NCBI GenBank assembly: GCA_038870975.1
Contig: JAVZJD010000002.1
Coordinates: 131,037-195,036 of the forward strand
Direction of reading: 5' to 3'
Origin: Candidatus Bathyarchaeia archaeon
Lineage (GTDB): Archaea; Thermoproteota; CALKCG01; B24
Length of the DNA stretch: 64,000 nt
Part shown: piece by piece, positions 1 through 8,051 of the stretch
Numbering within the stretch: the first letter of the stretch is position 1
How the letters are laid out: every line of letters starts with the position of its first letter
Translations under genes and position numbers: made by a program
The notes under the pieces: model-generated
Told to the model about the DNA's origin: nothing
Database searches by the model: none
What the model saw: only the letters and a program-made list of their open reading frames with translations

Positions 1-2045
1 GGGTAGTCTTCAAACCTAGGGTCGACTTTATGCGGGTCGTGTTGAGCATATGGTGGGCTTCTGAGTACGCTCATACGGATTTCTGAGCCGTACACGTCGA
101 ATCCGTATTTGGAGTCGTTTATAACTGTTAGCCCGTACTCCAATTCACGGTTTAACGTATGATACTTACCCGATACATCAACCCATCTTTGACCCGGCTC
201 CTCCTCCCCATTGGCTGGTCTAACGATAACACCGTAAGGTATCTCATAAGTCGCGGTGGATTCTTCGAGGTTTACTGGGAACGATAGTTTAAGCATTCTA
301 TGCTTCTCCCTCCAATCAACTCTAACTCTAACATCTAGAAAATCTAGCCCCCTGTAGAGTGAAAAGTACTGCCATATGGTTGAATTGCGATAGTTCGTTT
401 TAACTCTAACAGTAGCTCTAACAGGGCCAGATTCAACCAGGGAGACTTCAGCACCTCCAAATCTTCCCTCTTCAAACCTGAATTTGGAGATGCCATGGCC
501 CCAAGTATCACCCTCATCCTTCAGTACTACGGGTGAAGCACCGTAGCCGTTGAAGACGTTGATGTCAAGCCGTTTATCGTAGAGCATTTTAATAGCCCCA
601 TTCTCCTGGTCTAATTCAACTATGAGGTAGTCGTTTTCAATCCTCCCATGGGAAGCCCTTAAAACACCTTCAAATTCCTGCGGAGGTTTATCGCTTCCAA
701 CCAATCTATAGGTTTTATACCCTAAACTTGGCACGTCGGCTATGAATAGTCCTCTCTTAAGACCCGCGGTTGAAGAAGGGTGAACTGTTTGAACTGGAAT
801 AGGCTTCCCACCTCCATCTACAAGGGAATAATCCGTAGGCCAAGGCTCAACTTCCACTGGGAAGACCGCTCGAACGCCAGTCGGGTTGAAGACAACCAAA
901 GATCTACCGCTACTAGTATCGATTTGAGAGGAAACCCGTTGAACGGCTAAATTTAAGACTTCGTATGCTATGTTTAGAGATTCACCGTAGATGTTTCTAA
1001 CGTCCCAGTATGCCTCAGGTATACAAGTTCCAGCTAGAATATCGTGAAATTGGCATAAGAGGATGAGTTTCCAGCCGCGTCTAAGCCTCTCCCTTGGATA
1101 CTCCAACCCGCTGGTCACATATGCGAGTACAGATATTCTTTCAGCAGCCATAACCATGTTTTCGGCTCTCCTGTTCAGAGCTTTAACTTCAGATAGGACT
1201 GAGTAGCATCCGCTTGCATGGTGTTGAAGTTCATCTCTAACTACTGGGATATTCTGGTAGAGTTCTAAAATACGTTTGAAGAATTCCTCCGGGTTTGCAA
1301 ACGCAACCCTGCCATCTCCCACTTCTTCAGAGGCTTTACGTACTGCTTCGATATCGTTCTCAGTAGGTCCCCCTCCATGGTCTCCAGCGCCGAATAATAT
1401 TAGCAGGGCGGGTATAGGCGGGTTTGCTACACTATTCTTTACCACTCTGTAGAGTTCTCCGTTGGATACTGTGTAGCTGACTGGATGTCTATATGTTAGT
1501 ATCCTACTGCCGTCTGGAGACTCCCACCAGAAGATCGGCGATGGAAGATTCTTCTCATGGCCACCGGGTCTCATGAATATGTAGTACTTGTATCCGGTTT
1601 TCCTGAGTATTTGAGGTAGTGATGCATTATGTCCAAAGCTATCTATGTTATATCCGATCGTAACATCGAAGCCCAGCTTCTCTTTAAAGTAGGATTTACC
1701 GTAGATTGCATGGCGAACATAGGATTCACCGCATGGAATATTGCAGTCTGGTTCAACAATCCATCCCCCGACTGGAATCCACCTACTCTCTCCAACAAGT
1801 CTCTTAACTTCTTCGAAAAGTTGAGGTTCACACTCCTCAAGCCACTCGTACATTATAGCCGATGAAAATACGAAGGTTAGCGACGGATTCTTCTTCATAA
1901 GCTCGACAACACGTCTAACGGTATACCTCACAGTCCAAAAGCCTTCAAACCACCTCCAAAGCCACACTGGGTCTATGTGGGCATTACCAGCTAGAAATAG
2001 CTCGACCAAATTCAACACCGCTAGAAACCCTACGACATACGCCAA
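1..2045 (-). CDS. Alpha-mannosidase, glycoside hydrolase family 38 (5' partial at window edge; TTG start at 2045 after in-frame TAG)
   Basis: Reverse-strand translation gives ...GNAHIDPVWLWRW... (GH38 N-terminal HxDxxWxW-type motif) and ...NIDSFGHNASLPQIL... (GH38 DxFGH motif); ORF runs off window start, so absent from M-start ORF track. Confidence 0.6.
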   Translation of the reverse strand, partial: MAYVVGFLAVLNLVELFLAGNAHIDPVWLWRWFEGFWTVRYTVRRVVELMKKNPSLTFVFSSAIMYEWLEECEPQLFEEVKRLVGESRWIPVGGWIVEPDCNIPCGESYVRHAIYGKSYFKEKLGFDVTIGYNIDSFGHNASLPQILRKTGYKYYIFMRPGGHEKNLPSPIFWWESPDGSRILTYRHPVSYTVSNGELYRVVKNSVANPPIPALLILFGAGDHGGGPTENDIEAVRKASEEVGDGRVAFANPEEFFKRILELYQNIPVVRDELQHHASGCYSVLSEVKALNRRAENMVMAAERISVLAYVTSGLEYPRERLRRGWKLILLCQFHDILAGTCIPEAYWDVRNIYGESLNIAYEVLNLAVQRVSSQIDTSSGRSLVVFNPTGVRAVFPVEVEPWPTDYSLVDGGGKPIPVQTVHPSSTAGLKRGLFIADVPSLGYKTYRLVGSDKPPQEFEGVLRASHGRIENDYLIVELDQENGAIKMLYDKRLDINVFNGYGASPVVLKDEGDTWGHGISKFRFEEGRFGGAEVSLVESGPVRATVRVKTNYRNSTIWQYFSLYRGLDFLDVRVRVDWREKHRMLKLSFPVNLEESTATYEIPYGVIVRPANGEEEPGQRWVDVSGKYHTLNRELEYGLTVINDSKYGFDVYGSEIRMSVLRSPPYAQHDPHKVDPRFEDY

Positions 2046-2273
2046 CTAAAATAGAAGACGTTTCCTAATATGTCTTTTTCACTCCGAAGTTTACTAGATA
2101 GACTTCATACGATTTACTCTTCAATAGAAGAGCGTATTCTATGCGGGTTAACTCTCTAAAATCTGTAGACCCTCCACACGGTTGGAAAATAATGTATAAG
2201 CTGAGAATTCAAATGTATGGGGCCTCAAAATAAAATGTACATTTTAGAATCTGCCTATAATGAGGAGGCATTG

Positions 2274-2894
2274 TCACTCTACTTTTATCGGCTCACCTTT
2301 AAATTCTCTGCCCTTCTTCTTTGGAAGTCTAACCTCTAATACACCATTCTTGTAGGTAGATTTAGCCTCTTTTGGATCCACCTTCTCAGGCAGTTCAACT
2401 TCCTTATAGTACTTGCGTTGCTTCGATTCAGCGCTTATTACCAACGTTGTTTCCGTTGCCTGAAGTTTTATATCTTCTTTTTCAACACCTGGCAATTCGG
2501 CTATAACGTTTATTTCACCATCCGTGCTGATAACTTCAACCAGCGGCTCCCTCTCCTCGCTGACAGATATTGACGGTCTACCGAAGCCACGGACACTAGG
2601 CTTTATATTACCGAACTCTCTAATCCTAGGCTTATTATCTGGCCCTATTGTTATACTATACCCGTATACGAACGGCCCCCACTCACGTACCCTCGTACCG
2701 TCCGGTAGAACCCTTTCACGCGTCAAATCCTTAGGAATACTCTTGGATAATTCTTCGAATTCTCTCTCGAAGGCGCGCTCCATCTCCCTGAGCATTTCAT
2801 CCATTTCTCTAAAGAAGCTTGAAAAGGGCCACATACGTCTCCTAAACCATCTATCCCAAAACTCATCCCAAAACTCAGACATGACGGGCACCAA
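2274..2894 (-). CDS. Small heat shock protein, Hsp20/alpha-crystallin family
   Basis: C-terminal alpha-crystallin domain pattern (...VISTDGEINVIAELPGVEKEDIKL...GVLEVRLPKK); basic/aromatic N-terminal region typical of archaeal sHsps. Confidence 0.8.
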   Translation of the reverse strand: MVPVMSEFWDEFWDRWFRRRMWPFSSFFREMDEMLREMERAFEREFEELSKSIPKDLTRERVLPDGTRVREWGPFVYGYSITIGPDNKPRIREFGNIKPSVRGFGRPSISVSEEREPLVEVISTDGEINVIAELPGVEKEDIKLQATETTLVISAESKQRKYYKEVELPEKVDPKEAKSTYKNGVLEVRLPKKKGREFKGEPIKVE

Positions 2895-3296
2895 GATATA
2901 TTAAACTCTTCCTCCAATTAACCTTTTCTCATCCATTTAAAGCATTGCCGCATGAAGTATAGAGTAAGCTTTTTGCAACCTCTTGTGGTGAAGACCTCGC
3001 AAACTCCTTTTTCTCTCTCAATCTTTTCTTGGAAGAAGTAAGCCTATCTATAACAGAAGTTCATCGTTTTTAATGTTGAACCGTTTTTTCTACAAGTGGA
3101 TTGCTTGCATATGAATGTTTACGATGGGCTTAAATGTGAGTTTAAAGGAAGGGAAATCCATGGTCAGACCTGCTGGTTGAAACCTGAAGCCCTCCTAAAC
3201 ATAGCGATGCATAATTGCACTTATGCTGAGATTACTTTAAATATTTACTGAGGGCTTTTTCTTGGAAGAGGTAGAACAAAAATAATTAAATACTAC

Positions 3297-3325
3297 TTTA
3301 ACCTCTAGTAGTACTAGAGGTTAAA
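3297..3325. promoter_or_regulatory. Perfect 14+1+14 palindrome (TTAACCTCTAGTA-G-TACTAGAGGTTAA) abutting vapB start codon; probable antitoxin operator, AT-rich TATA-like box just upstream (~3279-3296)
   Basis: Read directly from sequence; AbrB/SpoVT-type antitoxins classically autoregulate via inverted repeats overlapping their promoter. Confidence 0.5.
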
Positions 3326-3552
3326 TGAAGGAGATATTAGTGACAAGGAAGGGTCAAGTGACTATCCCAGTAGAATACAGGAGGAAGTATAGGATTAGGG
3401 AGGGGGTTAAGGTGTTGATAGAAGATATTGGTAATGGCCTCTTGCTTAAACCAGTTCCTAGCTTAGAGGAGCAGGCTGGGATTGACGCTGGGAAGTATGA
3501 TGTTAAAGAGCTGAAGAAATTGCTTGACCGGATGCGTGAAGAGTGGCGTTGA
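3325..3552 (+). CDS. vapB: AbrB/SpoVT-family antitoxin (VapB-like)
   Basis: 75 aa, N-terminal swapped-hairpin motif (KGQVTIPVEYRRKYRIREG); overlaps downstream PIN gene by 10 nt. Confidence 0.7.
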   Translation: MKEILVTRKGQVTIPVEYRRKYRIREGVKVLIEDIGNGLLLKPVPSLEEQAGIDAGKYDVKELKKLLDRMREEWR

Positions 3553-3962
3553 GAGCGGTCTTGGATACAAGGTTCTACTTCTCATATTACAATCCAGAGA
3601 ATGGAGAAGTTGCTAGTTGGACCAGAAGTATTGTTCAGGGTATATTGAAGGGAGAACTTAAGGTAGCTTCATCTGTGATTACGATTGCTGAGCTTTATGG
3701 TACTATGGGAAGGTTGGTTGGAATGGATGCTGTGAAGTTGAGGATCGCTTCTAGTAAAGCTTCGAATATACTATTCATCCCTATAACCGAGGATATAGCC
3801 CATATTGCCGGGGAAATCACCTTAAGAACTCCGAAAATTCCATTAGCTGACGCTATAATTGCTGCAACAGCCTTAATTCACGCCCATGGAGTTGTAGTTA
3901 CAGATGATGAACACTTTAAACTCGTAAAAGGCATCGAGACAGTATGGTTAAAGAGTATTTAA
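3543..3962 (+). CDS. vapC: PIN-domain ribonuclease toxin (VapC)
   Basis: 139 aa; N-terminal LDT..., central acidic residues and C-terminal ...VVTDDEHF; typical PIN spacing; operonic with AbrB-type antitoxin. Confidence 0.75.
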   Translation: MALRAVLDTRFYFSYYNPENGEVASWTRSIVQGILKGELKVASSVITIAELYGTMGRLVGMDAVKLRIASSKASNILFIPITEDIAHIAGEITLRTPKIPLADAIIAATALIHAHGVVVTDDEHFKLVKGIETVWLKSI

Positions 3963-4170
3963 AAGTGTTTAAAAGCTTCTTTGACCTCTGGTTTTGTCAA
4001 AGCAAAAATAGAGGCCATGTGTTTAGTTAGCCACCTCCTCTAGAAATAGTATCTAATATTGATACAGGCGAGGGGTGGAGTACGCTAGAACCAAAGGCAT
4101 CATATACGTAAAGAAGGCTACTTAAACATAGAAACATTCGGAACGCTCTAATCTACATCTAGCTGGTAAG

Positions 4171-4293
4171 CTTCGAAAGCGAAGAATGCATCTGCAAGAC
4201 TGCTAAAACAGTTGAGGAAGCTAGAGGAATGATCGAAGCGAGCTTTCGAACACTATGCGAAATCGACGGGATCAAATTCTTCAGGAAGTGTAA
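4171..4293 (+). pseudogene. 3'-terminal remnant (~40 codons) of a gene homologous to the C-terminus of the frameshifted URO-D-like gene at 15898-16526
   Basis: Translation ...EECICKTAKTVEEARGMIEASFRTLCEIDGIKFFRK* aligns with ...DEYICKAAKTVEQASSLIEAGFEYVCDIEGVKLFRKRK* encoded at 16404-16526; no gene body upstream. Confidence 0.45.
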
Positions 4294-4306
4294 GTGGCCA
4301 TAGCCA

Positions 4307-4330
4307 TAATTTGAAATGGGGCCGCTGAGA
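4307..4330 (-). repeat. Imperfect copy (23/24) of the 3' end (T-arm + acceptor) of tRNA-Pro(GGG) at 16567-16641; putative att-like direct repeat / island boundary
   Basis: tggggccgctgAgatttgaaccca vs tggggccgctgGgatttgaaccca at 16567-16590, same orientation; the flanking sequence cannot fold into a complete tRNA (no matching 5' acceptor strand). Confidence 0.6.
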
Positions 4331-4848
4331 TTTGAACCCATAACATCAACGCATGGAGAAATCCCCCGCAAAACCCCCTATTTTTTCTTCTACGAGTCTG
4401 CCGTTAGGCTACCTCCCGTAGGATGGATTCTTCAGCCGGATTGTTTAGTAGTATTCAGGTTTAATATATGTGGGGTGGAAGTTAGGGGGAGGATAAATAT
4501 AGCCGCCTTCTGGCACGGCTATATTTTAACGTCATCAAACTCCATACATAGAGGCGTTAAACTCTCCAACGCAATAGCCATGTATAAAGCTGGCAGAAAA
4601 TTCGGAGTATATGTAAAACGATAGTAGGTTTGTGGAAGGAATATGCCGTCGACAAGTTTTTTCTATCCATTCTAAATGTTCCTTTTTTAATTTTTACCTG
4701 GGAATTTGCATTGGGAGTGCTGTCTGTTTCAATAATTATTCAGCCTAATACAAGTGTTTGTGAAGGCTTTGTAAACGGTATTATGAGCTTAAGTATGGGT
4801 CTATAGTTTTAGCCCTTGTCAAGGTTAGGGTTGAAGGTGGAGGCTTCA

Positions 4849-4918
4849 CGCTGAGCTGGACCTGCAACCTGGCTGAACAATGCCATAACGAAGAGTGCTT
4901 CTACGCTAAGTCTAGATC
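4849..4918 (+). repeat. ~70-bp imperfect inverted repeat partner of 10731-10800; encodes ATG-less paralog fragment of the 62-aa Cys-containing ORF at 10657-10845
   Basis: Two perfect blocks (17 and 19 nt) flanking a diverged middle; mismatches mostly preserve the amino-acid pattern FTLSWTCN..EECFYAK. Confidence 0.5.
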
Positions 4919-5093
4919 CATAGTTTAGAGTATGATTGTCAGGTTGGTTAAGCTTAAATGGTGAATACTTGAGATTATTTATTGAAGGCTATGGTTAAGT
5001 GTCCAGCTGCGGTATGGATGTTAGTCCTCATTCTCATATTTTGAGGGGATTAGTTTTAAATATGGTTAAAGGGTAACTATTACTTGACCTATA

Positions 5094-5294
5094 TTGGCTA
5101 AGTGTCCTGGTTGTGGCTTTGAAGTAGAGTCTTCGAAAGAGTGGACTTATGGTCCTAAGGGTCGTAAAGGTCCAACGTTTCAAGTGCAGGCCTTTAAATG
5201 CCCCAGCTGCGGCTTACAATTCCGAAACTACCTTCAAGAAGGCCGGGTTAAATTCACCCTGGCTTTAAGAGAGGGCAACTTTAGAAAAGTATAG
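5094..5294 (+). CDS. Small zinc-ribbon protein (two CxxC pairs)
   Basis: 66 aa with CPGCG...CPSCG; TTG start per ORF track. Confidence 0.45.
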   Translation: MAKCPGCGFEVESSKEWTYGPKGRKGPTFQVQAFKCPSCGLQFRNYLQEGRVKFTLALREGNFRKV

Positions 5295-5347
5295 CTTCCT
5301 CCCTTTGACGTATAACTGAGCAATTCATTCAGTAATCTAGAAGCCTA

Positions 5348-5662
5348 TTGGAAATGTGTACGCAAGAATACTACTTAACTACCCCTAACTGCTACTTTTC
5401 ATTTGAAATTGATCGATCTGTTTTTAAGCGGCTACGATCAATTCTATTTTTGAGGTTTATGTCCCGACGTCGTTATTCTAAGCCTGCCCGTGAGATCGTA
5501 CTGGATTTTCTGAGGAGCGCCAGTAGACCTGTTGGATTAGGCGAGATCGTCAAGAGCACGGGCATAGCGTACAATACTGTTAGAGGTCGTCTCTACGAGC
5601 TTAAGAAGAAGGGGCTTGTGAAGAGAACATCTGATGGATGGGTTGAAGTGAATGCGCCATGA
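5348..5662 (+). CDS. Winged-helix DNA-binding protein; possible controller (C-protein-like) for the downstream methyltransferase
   Basis: C-terminal ...GLGEIVKSTGIAYNTVRGRLYELKKKGLVKR... wHTH pattern; stop overlaps MTase start by 4 nt. Confidence 0.5.
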   Translation: MEMCTQEYYLTTPNCYFSFEIDRSVFKRLRSILFLRFMSRRRYSKPAREIVLDFLRSASRPVGLGEIVKSTGIAYNTVRGRLYELKKKGLVKRTSDGWVEVNAP

Positions 5663-6660
5663 GTTTTGCAATCACCAACGAGAGGAAGAGTAAGTACATC
5701 CCGATGAGACTCGTCACGCTGGAGGAGTATTTAGAGTACGTTAAAAGCCATAGCGTCGTACGCATAGAGGATGAAGAAATAGCCATAGGAAGGCCGTATA
5801 GGATTGAGAAGTATCAGCCCGATGAATTCACCCTTGAAAAGACGACTGTATGGTCTTTCCCAGATAGGGGCGACTGGGCTACGCATAGAGGCGACTACAG
5901 GGGTAATTGGGCTCCTCAGATAGCTAGAAACCTCATCCTACGCTATAGTAAGCCTGGCGAACTAGTCTTAGACCAGATGTGTGGAGGAGGAACAACACTG
6001 GTGGAGTGTAAGCTTCTAAGCCGTAATGCCATAGGCGTAGATATAAACTATGAAGCCGTCATACTAAGCCTCGACAGGCTGAACTTCACGTACAGACCCC
6101 TAGACCAGGACTATAGAGAGCCCGACGTAAAGGTATACCATGGGGATGCTAGAAACCTAAATCTGATCGAAGACGAATCTGTAGACTTGATAGCTACCCA
6201 TCCACCATATGCAAACATAATCCCATACAGTAAGAGCAGGAGGGTGGAGGGCGACCTATCACAGGTCTACAGCCTAGAGGAGTACCTGGAGGGTATGCGT
6301 GAAATAGCCATGGAAAGCTTCAGAGTTTTAAAGCCTGGAAGATTCTGCGCCATACTGATAGGCGACACCAGGAAGCATAGACACTACGTTCCAATAGCCT
6401 TCAGAGTCATGCAGCAGTTTCTAGACGTAGGATTCATACTGAGGGAGGACATAATCAAAGTCCAATGGCATACTAAGACGACTGGTAGGAAGTGGGCTGG
6501 CCTAGCTAAGACGGCTGAAGAATGCTGGGTTGAAAAGCCGCAGGACAAACGCTACTGGACGGACTTCTACCTGATCAGCCACGAACACCTATTCGTATTT
6601 AGAAAGCCGAGTAGCGGCGAAGAAAACGAAGAGTATAGGGATAGTATGAAGTGGTGGTAA
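5659..6660 (+). CDS. DNA (N6-adenine or N4-cytosine) methyltransferase with unusual motif order
   Basis: SAM-binding motif VLDQMCGGGTTLVECKLLSRNAIGVDINYEAV (resembles the FxGxGTT...GiEi..Y motif I of beta-class N6/N4 MTases) located upstream of catalytic ...DLIATHPPYANI (PPY motif IV), i.e. permuted relative to PF01555-type enzymes. Confidence 0.75.
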   Translation: MSFAITNERKSKYIPMRLVTLEEYLEYVKSHSVVRIEDEEIAIGRPYRIEKYQPDEFTLEKTTVWSFPDRGDWATHRGDYRGNWAPQIARNLILRYSKPGELVLDQMCGGGTTLVECKLLSRNAIGVDINYEAVILSLDRLNFTYRPLDQDYREPDVKVYHGDARNLNLIEDESVDLIATHPPYANIIPYSKSRRVEGDLSQVYSLEEYLEGMREIAMESFRVLKPGRFCAILIGDTRKHRHYVPIAFRVMQQFLDVGFILREDIIKVQWHTKTTGRKWAGLAKTAEECWVEKPQDKRYWTDFYLISHEHLFVFRKPSSGEENEEYRDSMKWW

Positions 6661-7304
6661 ATATCGTGAGAATGCGTAGGGAGCCCAGCTGGCTTAAGTA
6701 TAAAGTTCTCGTGGATAAGGCCATAGTTGAAGAGAACTACATCGATGGAACCGAGGCTGTTGTCGACCCCCTACCGCATCCAGACGACGTAAGGACTATT
6801 CTAGAACAGCATTTCAAAGTTCACAGCAATAGGAGCTTCAGAGTGATACTGGTCGAAGACTATGCGGATTACAAAGTGTTCATTCAGATACCTGATGGAA
6901 AGTCTGAGTACGACTTCTACGTTTGGCGTGCCATATTTGAACGTGGGAAACCTGTAGATGTGAAGGTTCCGACGCACGACGACTTAGCCGTCTTCTTCAT
7001 AGAGCTTAAATCCAAACACGAAGACTTAGAGGAGTACCTGATAAATGCCGTTGTAAAACTGATCCACCACAACTACAGATGGGGAGTCCCTAGGATAGTC
7101 TCAAAGTACTTTAACAACCTCAACGATGAGCTGAAGGGTGAAGTTGGAAAATTCCTATCGACGCTTAAATGGATAGCGCTCCAAGAAGATATAAACTACC
7201 CGCCTAAAGAGAGGAAGATAGGCTCCAAGTATACTCTAGCGGTCTACGCTCTACTAGAGGCAGGATTCACAATGAGCGAGATAAGAAGAGTCATCAGATT
7301 CTAA
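6651..7304 (+). CDS. Hypothetical protein; candidate PD-(D/E)xK-like nuclease; paralogous C-terminal domain shared with next ORF
   Basis: Overlaps MTase stop by 10 nt; ...PHPDD...(20 aa)...ILVEDYADYKVF... loosely fits PD...(D/E)xK; C-terminal LKWIALQEDINYPPKERKIGSKYTLAVYALLEAG. Confidence 0.55.
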   Translation: MVVNIVRMRREPSWLKYKVLVDKAIVEENYIDGTEAVVDPLPHPDDVRTILEQHFKVHSNRSFRVILVEDYADYKVFIQIPDGKSEYDFYVWRAIFERGKPVDVKVPTHDDLAVFFIELKSKHEDLEEYLINAVVKLIHHNYRWGVPRIVSKYFNNLNDELKGEVGKFLSTLKWIALQEDINYPPKERKIGSKYTLAVYALLEAGFTMSEIRRVIRF

Positions 7305-7359
7305 ACCCGTCAGATAGAGCTGAAGCAACATATGAACAGTTGAAGGAGGATGTAAACAT

Positions 7360-7914
7360 ATGGTTAGAAGCGTTGCAATCGGACAGATGGTAGGAGGTAA
7401 AAAAGTTCTAGCTGCTGTAAATTTATCGAACGGTTGGCAAGTGGTTAAGACAGAAGACAAAAAATCCCCACGAGATTTCAAAGTTAAGGTAATAAACCCT
7501 CAGCATCCAAAAGGACTGACGGTTAAACATGCTCACTTCGCCATCGACTTTTACGGAAAACTCTGTCAAGATGAGGAAAAGGCTATTAAAGTGCTCGAAG
7601 CAATCGGCGAAGTATGGCGTGGAAGAAGCGTAAAAGATGTAGTAGAGGAATATGAGCCGCAAATCCAGGAGCTATCTGGCTATCCCTTAGAATACATACT
7701 ACATGCTCTAAATTGGATATTAGAACAAGAGGATATCAATTTCAAAGGGCGCTCTGAAGAAAAGCAGAAAGAGATTGATGAAAAAATAAAGAAGTTAGGC
7801 ATTGAGCCTCCGAAGGATAGAAAGGGAAGCCAGCTTGAAATAGCCCTCCTCTGCGATATAGCCAGCGGTACACATCCTGTTGAAGCTTTCTATAGGGCGG
7901 GATTAAAAATCTAA
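7360..7914 (+). CDS. Hypothetical protein, paralog of 6651-7304 in C-terminal domain
   Basis: C-terminal LNWILEQEDINFKGRSEEK...GSQLEIALLCDIASG aligns with preceding ORF's LKWIALQEDINYPPKERK...GSKYTLAVYALLEAG. Confidence 0.55.
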   Translation: MVRSVAIGQMVGGKKVLAAVNLSNGWQVVKTEDKKSPRDFKVKVINPQHPKGLTVKHAHFAIDFYGKLCQDEEKAIKVLEAIGEVWRGRSVKDVVEEYEPQIQELSGYPLEYILHALNWILEQEDINFKGRSEEKQKEIDEKIKKLGIEPPKDRKGSQLEIALLCDIASGTHPVEAFYRAGLKI

Positions 7915-8051
7915 CTGCAATTTCAGCGTCAGCATGTGCTACACGTCTAGATACTGCGAGTAGCCCACCATGCACTTAGAGTTAGCAGATTCTTTAGACG
8001 GCCAAACACAACATAGTGGATGTAGAAAATGAGGAAAGGTATATATGACTT

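Noticed and set aside
2524-2917. ORFs 2524-2904 (+) and 2723-2917 (-) overlapping hsp20
   Set aside because: Embedded within or antisense to the strongly supported Hsp20 gene. Ser/Leu-rich low-complexity translations.
4316-4624. 102-aa plus-strand ORF starting on the tRNA-Pro fragment
   Set aside because: Overlaps the tRNA-derived repeat and has low-complexity composition (FFFYES...) with no motif. Most likely a spurious ORF over the island junction.
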